Shown here one piece after another: positions 1 through 9,188 of a DNA stretch of 64,000 nucleotides. Positions within the stretch are counted from its first letter, which is position 1. The number at the start of each line of letters is the position of its first letter. Under the pieces are notes generated by a model. The model ran no database searches. It was not told the origin of the DNA and saw nothing but the letters and a program-made list of their open reading frames with translations. A program made the position numbers and the translations under genes. Origin of the DNA: Sedimentisphaerales bacterium (GTDB lineage: Bacteria; Planctomycetota; Phycisphaerae; Sedimentisphaerales; Anaerobacaceae); the NCBI GenBank assembly GCA_963708075.1, contig OY970194.1, positions 3,680,001-3,744,000 of the forward strand, read 5' to 3'.

Positions 1-1728
1 CGGAACCTGGCTTTCGGAGGCATAGAAGGTGTAGGGCAGCTTGCCGCCCGGATTCGCGTTGCCGAAGAGGACGTCGGCCATGGCGTTGCCGCCCTCCTCG
101 CCGGCCCACCAGGCTTCGAGAATCGCCGGCACGTGCTCCTTGATCCAGGGAATCGCCAGCGGACCGGCGTTGAGCAAAACGACCGCCGCACGGGGATTTG
201 CCGCGAGCACCGTCTTTACCAACTCCTCCTGATTGCCGGGCAGGCTCAGGCTGTCACGGTCGCGCCCCTCCGCCTCCACATTGAGCGTAGTGCCGACGTA
301 GACGATAGCCACATCGGCCTTCTTCGCGATTTCTGCGGCCTTGCGCAATTCCTCCTCTTTGTTGAAGGGTGTTTGCGGCGTCCTTCTCGGCGGCGAAATC
401 TGCGCGCCCTTGGCAAAGAAAACTTCCGTTCCTGGAGCGGCCCGATTCTTGATGCCCTGGAGCGGCGTCACGGGGTCTTTGACCTTGCCGCTGTAGCCGC
501 CGGCGGTGAAGATGTCCGCGTGCGGGCCAATCACGGCGATGCTCCTGAGTTTGCTCCTATCGAGGGGCAGGAAGTGATCTTTGTTGCTCAGTAGCACGAT
601 GGACTTGTGCGCGGTCCTGAGCGCCAGCCGCCTGTGCTCGGGACTGCAAATCACGCTGGGCGAAATCCTGCTATAGGGCACCATCGCCGGCGGGTCGAAC
701 TCGCCCAGGCGAAACCGGGCCCGCAGGACTCGCAAGAGCGCGTCATCCAACCTCGATTCCGGCAGCAGGCCCTTGCGGACGGCGACAGGAATGTACTCCA
801 TGAATTCCTTGTCGGAGAAGTCGCAGCCCGCGATCAGCGATTGCGCGACGGCGTCTTCGAAGGTCATCTTGCCGCCGGCGTGCCCTTTGACCATCGTGTC
901 CACGCCGCCGAGGTCGGAGACGACGAATCCGCCGAAGCCCCACTGCTCCTTGAGGATGTCGGTCAGCAGCGGCTTGTTGATATTGTTCGGGACGCCGTTG
1001 ATGGCGTTGTAGGAAGCCATGATCGACTGGGCCTGGCCCTCGACGATGCAGTCGCGAAAGTGCGGCAACCAGTACTCGTGCAGCATCCGCTCGCTCACTG
1101 TGGCCGAGAGCTTCTGGCGATCTTCCTCGACGTTGTTGACGGCGTAGTGCTTGAGCGTGGAGACCAGCTTGAGGTACCTGGGATCGTCGCCCTGCAGGCC
1201 CTTGACGAAGGCGACGCCGATACGGCCGGTGAGGAACGGGTCCTCACCGTAACACTCGTTGATCCGGCCCCAGTATGGATTTCGGCTGATGTTGATCACC
1301 GGGGCGCGGTAGATCAGGCCCTTCTTCTCCCCCTGGAAATTCGGGTCCTGGTGCCAGCCGTTGTAGATCGCCCGGGCCTCGTCGGAGATCGTCGTGGCGA
1401 CTTCGTGAATCAGCTCCGAGTCCCACGTGGCGGCCATGGCGATGGAGATCGGGAACATCGTCGTCGGCCGATCCCACCATACGCCGTGCAGGCACTGGTT
1501 CCACTTGTCGGACTTGATCCCAAGCCGCTCGATGTCCGGCCCGCGGTGGTTCAGTAGAATCGCCTTCTCCTCCAGCGTCAGCCGCGAGATCAAATCCGTC
1601 ACGCGTTTCTCAACCGGCTGGTTCGGATCGAGGTAGATAGCCTTCTCGGAAGCTGCCCGGGCCGGCGAGAGGAGAATACCGACGATCAACAGCAACGCAA
1701 TCTGCAAGACTCGAATTCGCGACTTCAT
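1..1728 (-). CDS. Secreted GH3 beta-glucosidase/beta-xylosidase, 3' end outside window
   Basis: Manual translation from ATG 1728: signal peptide MKSRIRVLQIALLLIVGILLSPARA, then GH3 motifs PVINISRNPYWGRINECYGEDP, KHYAVNN, IMASYN, GFVVSD. Absent from the ORF track because it runs off the edge. Confidence 0.9.
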   Translation of the reverse strand, partial: MKSRIRVLQIALLLIVGILLSPARAASEKAIYLDPNQPVEKRVTDLISRLTLEEKAILLNHRGPDIERLGIKSDKWNQCLHGVWWDRPTTMFPISIAMAATWDSELIHEVATTISDEARAIYNGWHQDPNFQGEKKGLIYRAPVINISRNPYWGRINECYGEDPFLTGRIGVAFVKGLQGDDPRYLKLVSTLKHYAVNNVEEDRQKLSATVSERMLHEYWLPHFRDCIVEGQAQSIMASYNAINGVPNNINKPLLTDILKEQWGFGGFVVSDLGGVDTMVKGHAGGKMTFEDAVAQSLIAGCDFSDKEFMEYIPVAVRKGLLPESRLDDALLRVLRARFRLGEFDPPAMVPYSRISPSVICSPEHRRLALRTAHKSIVLLSNKDHFLPLDRSKLRSIAVIGPHADIFTAGGYSGKVKDPVTPLQGIKNRAAPGTEVFFAKGAQISPPRRTPQTPFNKEEELRKAAEIAKKADVAIVYVGTTLNVEAEGRDRDSLSLPGNQEELVKTVLAANPRAAVVLLNAGPLAIPWIKEHVPAILEAWWAGEEGGNAMADVLFGNANPGGKLPYTFYASESQVP

Positions 1729-1755
1729 ACCGATTCTCTCCGGAAATCTCATATC

Positions 1756-1840
1756 TCCGGGTGGCAGCGTCAAGCGCAGCTTGGCGATGGTTCACCATTC
1801 GCCATCGCCAAGGCCTTCGGCCTTGACGCTGCCACCCGGA
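1756..1840. repeat. REP doublet (REPIN-like), GTGG family, copy 1
   Basis: GGGTGGCAGCGTCAAGCGCAGCTTGGCGATGG followed by inverted CCATCGCCAAGGCCTTCGGCCTTGACGCTGCCACCC; same units flank the RAYT gene. Confidence 0.92.
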
Positions 1841-1922
1841 TTGACGCCTTGCGTTGTGAAGGACTCAGGCGCGTGACCTCACAAGTCCTTCTTATAGCCT
1901 TCATGGCCAAGCTTCCCCTCAT

Positions 1923-1994
1923 GTCATTCCCGCGAAGGCGGGAATCCAGTCACGCATCGAATGCTCCTGGCCCCCCCGCCTGCGCGGGGGTGAC
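1923..1994. repeat. Palindromic doublet of a different family (GTCATTCCCGCGAAGGCGGGAATCCAG type)
   Basis: GTCATTCCCGCGAAGGCGGGAATCCAG plus a degenerate inverted partner CTGGCCCCCCCGCCTGCGCGGGGGTGAC; ATTCCC-N8-GGGAAT core as in dRS3/RPE-like repeats. Confidence 0.75.
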
Positions 1995-2022
1995 ATGGGA
2001 CAGATCGTTCCATTGCAACCGT

Positions 2023-3117
2023 TCACAAGCCCAGGTGCTCCTTCGCATAGGCGAGGCATTTTTTCACGTTCGCATCCTCCAGCGCGAACTGCTCGGACAC
2101 GGGCAACTGGCTCACTTGCGGCAAGGGCTGGTTGCCGCCCCGCGCCCGAACCATCTTCAATGTGCGGGCCAAGTGCGAGCCGGGGATATCGTCCATCGCC
2201 GACCAGTATCCCTCGGTCAAGCACGGGACTTTCAGCGGATCGCGCGTCATCATCTCCAGGGTGAAGTGGACTTCGGGGTGGCGATCGCGCAGAATCCGGA
2301 CGACTTTCGGCAGATCGAGAATTCCCTCGCCCAGCGGCACGTCGGCCAGCAGGAAGCCGTCCTCATACTCCCGAACGGCTGCATCTTTCAGGTGCACCGA
2401 AAACGCCCACGGGGCGTAGGCCTCGATCACCTCCATCGGGTCCTCCAGGAACGCGATATCATTGCCCGTATCGACGCACATGCCGACGTACTCGCTGCTG
2501 ATGCGTTTGAGCGTTTCGAGCTTCTCAGGCACCCGTTCATCCTTGTGGTTCTCGACGGCCAGGCGGATGCGATGGCGAGCCATAATCGGCTCGGCCAGTT
2601 CCAGCATCTTGCGGCCGCGATCACGCGTCTGGCGAAATTCCTCAGCGGATTTGAACGCTTCATACCGCCGGCCCGAGCCCTTACTCGGCAAGACTACTCG
2701 AATCACAGTGGCCCCGGCGTTTTGGGCCGTCACAACCTCAGCCTCGAATCGCTCAAGATCGGCTTGATCTCTCGGCAGACCACCCGTCCCTTCCAGGAAC
2801 ATGCCCCATTCCTCGGCCTGCCGGCGAAGCTGCCTGGCGTAGGTCTCATCCCGTCTGCCCATCCCCACCTGCACGCCGCCGGCCCCCAGATTGTGACAGT
2901 ACGTGAGGAATCTCAGCGGCTCTGTGAAACGCTCTTCGCTCTCGCCCGCATTCCTGTCGGCGCGGCTGCGAAGAGCATACGAATCGGTGCAGACACCCAG
3001 CCGGGACCGGCCGGGCGATTGCGGATTACGGATTGCGGATTGCGGATTCGCGCCGACGGACTTGACTCCCAACCCAAGAGCCCCGGCCCACATTAGAATC
3101 TCTCTGCGATTGTACAT
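2023..3117 (-). CDS. Sugar phosphate isomerase/epimerase (AP endonuclease 2 TIM barrel), twin-arginine signal
   Basis: NRREIL Tat-like motif; metal motifs AVENHKD, VDTGN, VHLKD, LEM. Confidence 0.85.
   Translation of the reverse strand: MYNRREILMWAGALGLGVKSVGANPQSAIRNPQSPGRSRLGVCTDSYALRSRADRNAGESEERFTEPLRFLTYCHNLGAGGVQVGMGRRDETYARQLRRQAEEWGMFLEGTGGLPRDQADLERFEAEVVTAQNAGATVIRVVLPSKGSGRRYEAFKSAEEFRQTRDRGRKMLELAEPIMARHRIRLAVENHKDERVPEKLETLKRISSEYVGMCVDTGNDIAFLEDPMEVIEAYAPWAFSVHLKDAAVREYEDGFLLADVPLGEGILDLPKVVRILRDRHPEVHFTLEMMTRDPLKVPCLTEGYWSAMDDIPGSHLARTLKMVRARGGNQPLPQVSQLPVSEQFALEDANVKKCLAYAKEHLGL
3017..3048. repeat. Heptamer tandem array (GATTGCG)n inside CDS
   Basis: GATTGCG GATTACG GATTGCG GATTGCG GATT, translated as NPQSAIRNPQS. 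Confidence 0.9.
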
Positions 3118-3120
3118 GGC

Positions 3121-4521
3121 TCATACCACCTTGAGGCTGCGGAGTTCTTTGTCCCAGGGGCTGCGATACGGACGCGTCAGCATCTCGTTGGCCTGCGGAT
3201 CGCCGACAATCTGCTCCTTCTCCGCGTCCCAGGTGATCTTGCGCCCGACCCGCAGGGAGATATTGGCCAGGTGACACGTGGTCGCCACCTGGTGTGCGCT
3301 CTCGATATCGGCGAGCGGCTGCTTGCGGGAGCGGATACATTCCAGGAAATCGCGTGCGTGCGCGACGTAGTCCTGGGTGCCGTTGCCACTGGTGTCCTTG
3401 ACCTTCTCGGTCCAGGTCTGGTCCTTCGGCTCCGGCGTCGGCTGCGGCCCGCCCACGGGATGGCCGCCGAGAATATTGGCCATGGTATTGAACGGGTTGG
3501 CCTTGCGATCCGGGAACACCTCATAGCCGCTGCGGCCGACCGACATCATGCCGCGAGTGCCGTAGAACATGACGCCGCCCATCCCCAGGCCCTCGCGCCC
3601 CGCCGTCGCCTCGCGATAGACGCAGATGCCCGTGAAGCCGGGGTAGTCGATCAGCACGTCCTGGCTGTCGGGCGTCTCCATATTGTCCTTCAGGTAGGTC
3701 CGCCCGCCGGTGCTGTACACCGATTTCGGCGCATTGGCGCCGGTGAACCACTGCACGATGTCCAGCGAGTGCTGGCCGAGGTTGGTCATCTGCCCGCCGG
3801 CGTAGTCCCAGATCCAGCGGAAATGATAGATGCCGCGATTGGGGTTGTACGCCCGCGCGGGGGCCGGCCCGAGCCACATGTCCCAGTCTAATTCCTTGGG
3901 CGGCTCCTGGTCCGGCGGATTGCCGAAGCCGGGCATGAGGTTGCGGCAGTAGGTGTCCTGCACGGCCACGATCTCGCCCAGTTTGCCCTGCTGGATGAAC
4001 TCGCGGGCGCGCTGGAAGTTCGGTCCGGAACGGTTCTGCACACCCACCTGGACCACTCGCTTGTATCGCTTTGCCGCGTCGATCATCCACCGTCCTTCGC
4101 GCACAAACAGCGTGAGTGGTTTCTCGACGTACACGTCCTTGCCCGCCGCACAGGCGAGCATTGTGATCATGGCGTGCCAATGGTCCGGCGTAGAGACCAC
4201 CACGGCGTCGATGTCCTTGTTGTCGAGCAGCCTGCGAAAATCACGGCACTTCGTGACGTTGCCTCCGACGATCTCGGCCCCAACGTCCGCGCGCGGGTCA
4301 TACGGGTCGCAGATGCCGAGGACGGAGACATCCGGTTGCGCTGCGAAGTTACGGGTGTGAATGCGTCCCATCAGGCCGATGCCGATCATGCCGATGCCGA
4401 TCCGTTCGTTGGCGCCGTGGACGCGCGACCAGGAGGCCGCCGTCAGTGCCGTGGCCGCTCCGGCCTTCATCAATGTCCTGCGCGTCATTCCCCCGTCATG
4501 CTGCTTGGGTGCTTGATTCAT
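3121..4521 (-). CDS. Gfo/Idh/MocA family oxidoreductase, Tat signal
   Basis: TRRTLM; IGIGLMG Rossmann motif; TPDHWH; VYVEKP; DWDMWLGPAP. Confidence 0.92.
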   Translation of the reverse strand: MNQAPKQHDGGMTRRTLMKAGAATALTAASWSRVHGANERIGIGMIGIGLMGRIHTRNFAAQPDVSVLGICDPYDPRADVGAEIVGGNVTKCRDFRRLLDNKDIDAVVVSTPDHWHAMITMLACAAGKDVYVEKPLTLFVREGRWMIDAAKRYKRVVQVGVQNRSGPNFQRAREFIQQGKLGEIVAVQDTYCRNLMPGFGNPPDQEPPKELDWDMWLGPAPARAYNPNRGIYHFRWIWDYAGGQMTNLGQHSLDIVQWFTGANAPKSVYSTGGRTYLKDNMETPDSQDVLIDYPGFTGICVYREATAGREGLGMGGVMFYGTRGMMSVGRSGYEVFPDRKANPFNTMANILGGHPVGGPQPTPEPKDQTWTEKVKDTSGNGTQDYVAHARDFLECIRSRKQPLADIESAHQVATTCHLANISLRVGRKITWDAEKEQIVGDPQANEMLTRPYRSPWDKELRSLKVV

Positions 4522-5699
4522 CGGTAGGTCTCCTTTGTCTCAATATTGTCACGCACGAATCGCCTGGCGGCCCGGTCGAGGAGCTCCCGGCCGTGCGTGA
4601 TAGCATACTCCAAATCCATCCCGTCCTCCATACAGGAGACGGCAGCCTCAATGCCGGCCCGACGATATTCTCCCGGCGACAAGCGGACCTGTCCAGCGAG
4701 AACCGCGACTTTGGCCCCGGCGGCTTTAGCGACGCGGATGACCCCGGACACGACCTTGCCACGAAGGGACTGCTCGTCAAACGAGCCCTCGCCCGTAATC
4801 ACCCAGTCCGCGCCGGTGATTGTCTCCTGCAGCCGGGTCTGCGCCATGACCGTGTCGATGCCGCAGACCAACCGGGCATCCATGAAGGCAATCGCTCCCG
4901 CCGCCAAGCCCCCAGCCGCTCCCGCCCCCGGCACCTCGGCAACATCCCGGCCAAGCTGCTCCTTGACCACTCGGGCCAGATGCGCCAGAGCTGCGTCCAA
5001 CATCTCCACCATCTCCGGCGTCGCACCCTTTTGCGGGCCGTAGACGCACGCCGCCCCATGCTCGCCGCAGAGCGGATTGTCCACGTCACACAGCACCTCG
5101 ACAGCCGCGCTTGTAGTGACGCCGTAAGGCGTTTCTTCAGATGCCCTCACGGGCACACTACGAACAGGGGCCACGATCCTGGCAATTCGCGGGAGTTCGC
5201 CACCGCCCAAGCCAATTTCCTGCCCATCGGCTGCGAGGAATCTCCAGCCCAGTGCCATAGCGGCACCCACTCCGCCATCGACGGTTGCACTACCCCCGAT
5301 GGCAAGCAGAATCCGCCGCGCTCCGTAATCGACAGCGGCCTTGATGAGCTGTCCCACTCCGTAGGTCGTCGTTTTCAGGGGATTGCGTTGTTCAGGGCGC
5401 AGCAGTTGCAGACCCGCGGCCGTCGCCATTTCTACGACGGCAGTTCCGTCCTCGGCGAGCCAGACGAAACCGGCATCCACTTTCATGTCCGGCAGCGGGC
5501 CCATCACGATTCGACTGATCCACTGTCCGCCGGCGACCGCCATGAGGACCGAGCCGGTTCCTTCGCCGCCGTCGGCCATCGGCTTGGTGACAACCTGGAC
5601 GTGCGGCATCACGGAACGAATCGCCTGAGCCACCGTCTCACACGCCTGCACGGCCGTGAGCGAGCCCTTGAACGAATCGATAGCCACGACAATCTTCAT
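4518..5699 (-). CDS. glxK: Glycerate kinase (GlxK/GarK family)
   Basis: MKIVVAIDSFKGSL, PMADGGEGT, GGSATVDGG, CDVDNPLCG, YGPQKGA, TGEGSFDEQSLRGK; start overlaps the LarA stop. Confidence 0.93.
   Translation of the reverse strand: MKIVVAIDSFKGSLTAVQACETVAQAIRSVMPHVQVVTKPMADGGEGTGSVLMAVAGGQWISRIVMGPLPDMKVDAGFVWLAEDGTAVVEMATAAGLQLLRPEQRNPLKTTTYGVGQLIKAAVDYGARRILLAIGGSATVDGGVGAAMALGWRFLAADGQEIGLGGGELPRIARIVAPVRSVPVRASEETPYGVTTSAAVEVLCDVDNPLCGEHGAACVYGPQKGATPEMVEMLDAALAHLARVVKEQLGRDVAEVPGAGAAGGLAAGAIAFMDARLVCGIDTVMAQTRLQETITGADWVITGEGSFDEQSLRGKVVSGVIRVAKAAGAKVAVLAGQVRLSPGEYRRAGIEAAVSCMEDGMDLEYAITHGRELLDRAARRFVRDNIETKETYR
5113..5161. repeat. GTAG-type REP doublet in frame within glycerate kinase
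   Basis: GTAGTG-ACGCC-GTAA-GGCGT and, on the other strand, GTAGTG-TGCCC-GTGA-GGGCA. Confidence 0.75.
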
Positions 5700-6979
5700 A
5701 GGTTCCGCCCATTCACGACGTACGGAATCGTCTGCGTGCCGTCGGGCAGGATGCAGATGGATGCATCCCGACCGTACGTATGCAGCAGCCGGTCCACGGT
5801 TGCCGCAATATCCCGGCACGGCTTAAGCATGGCACGCTCGATCTCCTCGTCGGCCAGATGACGGCTGAACAGGTACACGTCGTTCTTCCCGCAGACGGCG
5901 GCGTGAATCTGCACCTGCCACGCGTCCTGGCAGCAACAATCGCCGGCCCGAATCATCGCAAGCAGCGAGGCAGGACTGTCCGCCTCGAACAGCAGCCGCT
6001 TGTACCAGCCGTGATCGGGGATACCGTCCTCACACTCCGCGGCCACGATGATCGTCCCGCCTTCCTTGACGATCTGCGAGGCAGCGCTCATCCCCTTCAC
6101 CGATTGGTAAAGGTTCAGATCGAGCGGATAGCCCGAGTTGCTCGCGATCACAATATCGTATCTCTTCTGTACCCCTGCCATGGCGTGTTGCTTCACAAAC
6201 GCGCAGCCCTGCTCGTGTGCACGGTCCAAATCCCCGGCGAAAACCGCGGTGATCTGCTTTTCGCGATTCAGCGCCACATTGAGGAGAAACGTCGATGGCG
6301 CCATCAGGGCGGCGTCTCGAATCCCCTCCCAGACAGGGTTGCCGCGCGTGACGCCCCATGCGGCCCCGGGATCGTCGATGTTCCTCGCGTTGTGGTTCCG
6401 CATGATGGTTTCCAGGCGTGCCATGCCCGGCATGCAGGCCTTGCCCCCGCCGGAAAAGCCGGCGAAGAAGTGCGGCTCGATGAAGCCTGTCAGGATTCGC
6501 ACGTCGCAGCGAAGATATTCTTTGTGAAGCCAGACCTCGTTGCCGCCAGCGGTCGTGCCCACCAGGGCGTGCGCGTCACGGTCTCGCGCATCGTTCTGCA
6601 CGATGCGGAACCGCTTCACCACCTGCTCGCCGAACATCGTTGCAAGTTCCTCCGGGGTGCAAGGCCTGTGCGTCCCCGTGGCAATCAGCAGCACGATGGC
6701 GCTGTCATTGACATGGCTCAGCTCGTCGAGCAGAACCGGCAGAATCGTGCGATACGGCGTCGGACGCGTGATATCGTTGCAGACGATGGCGACCGCGTCC
6801 GAGGGTTTCACCAACTCCCTCAGCGGCGGCAAGCTGATGGGAGCACGCAGGGCATCCCGCACCGCGCCGGCCTGATCGGCAAGAGCCTCCACGTGCTGCC
6901 GCTGGACGACATCCACGTTCAGACCGTCCGGCAGGCTCAGGTCCAGGCCCCTCTTGCCATATGCGAGCTTCATCTTCAC
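5696..6979 (-). CDS. larA: Nickel-pincer dependent LarA-family 2-hydroxyacid racemase
   Basis: DITRPTP, ATGTHR, EPHFFAGFSGGGK, GYPLDLNLYQSVKG motifs. Confidence 0.92.
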   Translation of the reverse strand: MKMKLAYGKRGLDLSLPDGLNVDVVQRQHVEALADQAGAVRDALRAPISLPPLRELVKPSDAVAIVCNDITRPTPYRTILPVLLDELSHVNDSAIVLLIATGTHRPCTPEELATMFGEQVVKRFRIVQNDARDRDAHALVGTTAGGNEVWLHKEYLRCDVRILTGFIEPHFFAGFSGGGKACMPGMARLETIMRNHNARNIDDPGAAWGVTRGNPVWEGIRDAALMAPSTFLLNVALNREKQITAVFAGDLDRAHEQGCAFVKQHAMAGVQKRYDIVIASNSGYPLDLNLYQSVKGMSAASQIVKEGGTIIVAAECEDGIPDHGWYKRLLFEADSPASLLAMIRAGDCCCQDAWQVQIHAAVCGKNDVYLFSRHLADEEIERAMLKPCRDIAATVDRLLHTYGRDASICILPDGTQTIPYVVNGRNL

Positions 6980-6995
6980 GAGGGCAACACCCTGA

Positions 6996-8282
6996 CTATA
7001 CGTTCCTGATCAGCGACAAATCACCGCTCGCAGCCGCTTCGAGGATCGGCCGCATGTATGTGTCCACCGTCTCCGGTGTCATTGGCACCGGCATGTTCTG
7101 CAGCTTTGATCGCAACTGCGGGTCCCTGGCCGCCGTTAGCGCCCGCTCGATGTGACCCGGTCCAAATCCAGCCACGTCACTCAGCCGTGTCGGAACGCCA
7201 ACCTGACGGGCAAATTCGAGCATCGTCCGAGCAACGGCCACGCCCAGCTCCCTGCTCTTCAGCTTCTCCGGATCCTCCTGCATCAGACCCGCCTCGCGAT
7301 AGATGCGGCTGACGAGCCGCAGCGGCTCTTCAATGGCGGGAGCAAAGAACACCGTATAATACGGATTCATGATGCCGCAGGCCCGTCCGTGCGACAGGAT
7401 GTCCACCAGCGAGAAGCTGGTCAGATGCCCTCCGCTCGTGCCGCCGACCATGATCGCATAGCCGCCCAGGTCCGTCGCCAGGCACAGCGCCTCCCGCGCC
7501 TCTGCATCCTGCGGATCGGCCATCACACGAGGCAGATGAGCCACAACCAGCGAGATACACGCCTCGGCGATGTCACGCGCCTTGTCGTAGTACGGCTTGC
7601 CCACGGCGCCATAGAGGACCTCCAGCGAGTGCGAGAGGCCATCGAGAGCCCCATCCGCCGCCAGTGCTTTCGGCGTGCTAAAGCTCACCTGATAGTCAAA
7701 GACGCAGCGTGCCGGGACGATCGCGTCATCGACGACCAGTTTCTTCTGTGCGGTCGCCACGTCGGTGATATTCGCGTACTTCGTCAGATGCGCCGCCGAG
7801 CTGGCTACTGTCTGAATCGCTACGTGGGGCAGGAGGGATTTCTCTGTTTTGGCCAGAGCCGCCGAGACCAGACCGACGCCGAAGTAGTCGTCGATCCGGC
7901 CGCCAAGCGCATAGAGCACATCGGCGGCTTTGGCCGCGTCGATCGTGCTGCCACCGCCGAAGCTGATGAGCACCTCCGGCTTTGCCTTCCTCACTTCTTC
8001 CGTGATACGCAGGAGGTCTTCACGCGGCGCGTTGGGCCGGGCGCCTTTGATCTCGGCATCAATGAACCCACCCGCCTCAACGACCGCCAATTGTATAATC
8101 CGGGCGAAGTCGTCGCTGTGAGGAAACGTGCCGCGGACCAACGCGGCCCGCGATCCGAGCGACGCGACCATTTCCCCCATCTCAGACAGGACCGTCTTGC
8201 CAAAGAGATAAGCGTCGCCCTTGAACTGACGCAGCAGTTCTCGGGCGTTGTCGAAGTCGGCCTTCGTTCGTCGTTTCATCAT
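6996..8282 (-). CDS. Iron-containing alcohol dehydrogenase family protein
   Basis: PNAP, GGGSTIDAAK, DGLSHSLE, GHL...SHGRAC metal ligands. Confidence 0.88.
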   Translation of the reverse strand: MMKRRTKADFDNARELLRQFKGDAYLFGKTVLSEMGEMVASLGSRAALVRGTFPHSDDFARIIQLAVVEAGGFIDAEIKGARPNAPREDLLRITEEVRKAKPEVLISFGGGSTIDAAKAADVLYALGGRIDDYFGVGLVSAALAKTEKSLLPHVAIQTVASSAAHLTKYANITDVATAQKKLVVDDAIVPARCVFDYQVSFSTPKALAADGALDGLSHSLEVLYGAVGKPYYDKARDIAEACISLVVAHLPRVMADPQDAEAREALCLATDLGGYAIMVGGTSGGHLTSFSLVDILSHGRACGIMNPYYTVFFAPAIEEPLRLVSRIYREAGLMQEDPEKLKSRELGVAVARTMLEFARQVGVPTRLSDVAGFGPGHIERALTAARDPQLRSKLQNMPVPMTPETVDTYMRPILEAAASGDLSLIRNV

Positions 8283-8288
8283 GCAGCC

Positions 8289-9110
8289 TCAATTCATTTC
8301 GAACCCACCATCGACGTTGAGCGTCTGGCCGGTAATGTAGTCGGCGTCGGCCGAGCAGAGGAAGGCCACCGCCCCGGCCACATCTTCGACGCTGCCCGCC
8401 CGCTGCAGCGGGATCTTCTCAATGAAGGCCTTCATCGCCTCGCCGGGCTGGGCTCCCATGATCCGGCTGCGGTCGCGGTCGATCTGCTCCCACATGGGCG
8501 TCGGGACCACGCCCGGGCAGACGGCGTTCACATTGATATTGTACGGGCTCAGGGCCAGAGCCGCCGATTGCGTGACGCTGATGATGGCTGCCTTGCTCGC
8601 CGCGTAGGCCATCTGCACGCTGCGTCCGCGCCGGCCGGAGATCGAGGAGAAGTTGACGATCTTGCCGTGGCTGCGTTCGGCCCGCCCCTGCGCGATCACC
8701 TCCTGCGGGACCTGCCCGATCATCTGCCGGGCCACCGCCTGCATGCAGAATACCGTCCCCTTGAGATTGACGTCGATCACGCGATCCCACTCCTCCTCTG
8801 TAAGCTCCAGGAAAGGCGTCGTCTGGGCGATCCCCGCCGCGTTGACCAGAATATCGATCCGGCCGAACTCGGCGATCGTGCGCCCAACCATCGACTCAAT
8901 CTCAGCCGGATGCGCCACGTTCAGAGCGTACGACCGAGCCCGCCGATCCAATGCGAGCGCATCACCTGCCGTTTGTTCAGCCGTCTCAGGGTTGATGTCC
9001 ACGACGACGATGTCCGCTCCCTCGCACGCGAGGCGCAGCGCGACGGCTCGGCCAATCCCCCGGCCGGCCCCCGTGACAACCGCCAGCTTGCCTGAAAACC
9101 GTGACTCCAT
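8289..9110 (-). CDS. SDR oxidoreductase, polyol/sugar-acid dehydrogenase-like
   Basis: TGAGRGIG, NAAG, YAASK catalytic motif, CPGVVPTPMW, ITGQTLNVDGG. Confidence 0.9.
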   Translation of the reverse strand: MESRFSGKLAVVTGAGRGIGRAVALRLACEGADIVVVDINPETAEQTAGDALALDRRARSYALNVAHPAEIESMVGRTIAEFGRIDILVNAAGIAQTTPFLELTEEEWDRVIDVNLKGTVFCMQAVARQMIGQVPQEVIAQGRAERSHGKIVNFSSISGRRGRSVQMAYAASKAAIISVTQSAALALSPYNINVNAVCPGVVPTPMWEQIDRDRSRIMGAQPGEAMKAFIEKIPLQRAGSVEDVAGAVAFLCSADADYITGQTLNVDGGFEMN

Positions 9111-9188
9111 ATTCTTGTGCCCACATGCGAACCAGGATCGCACCACGTAGTTTACCGCAGACGAGTGATTCTGCCAAACCCTCACTGG

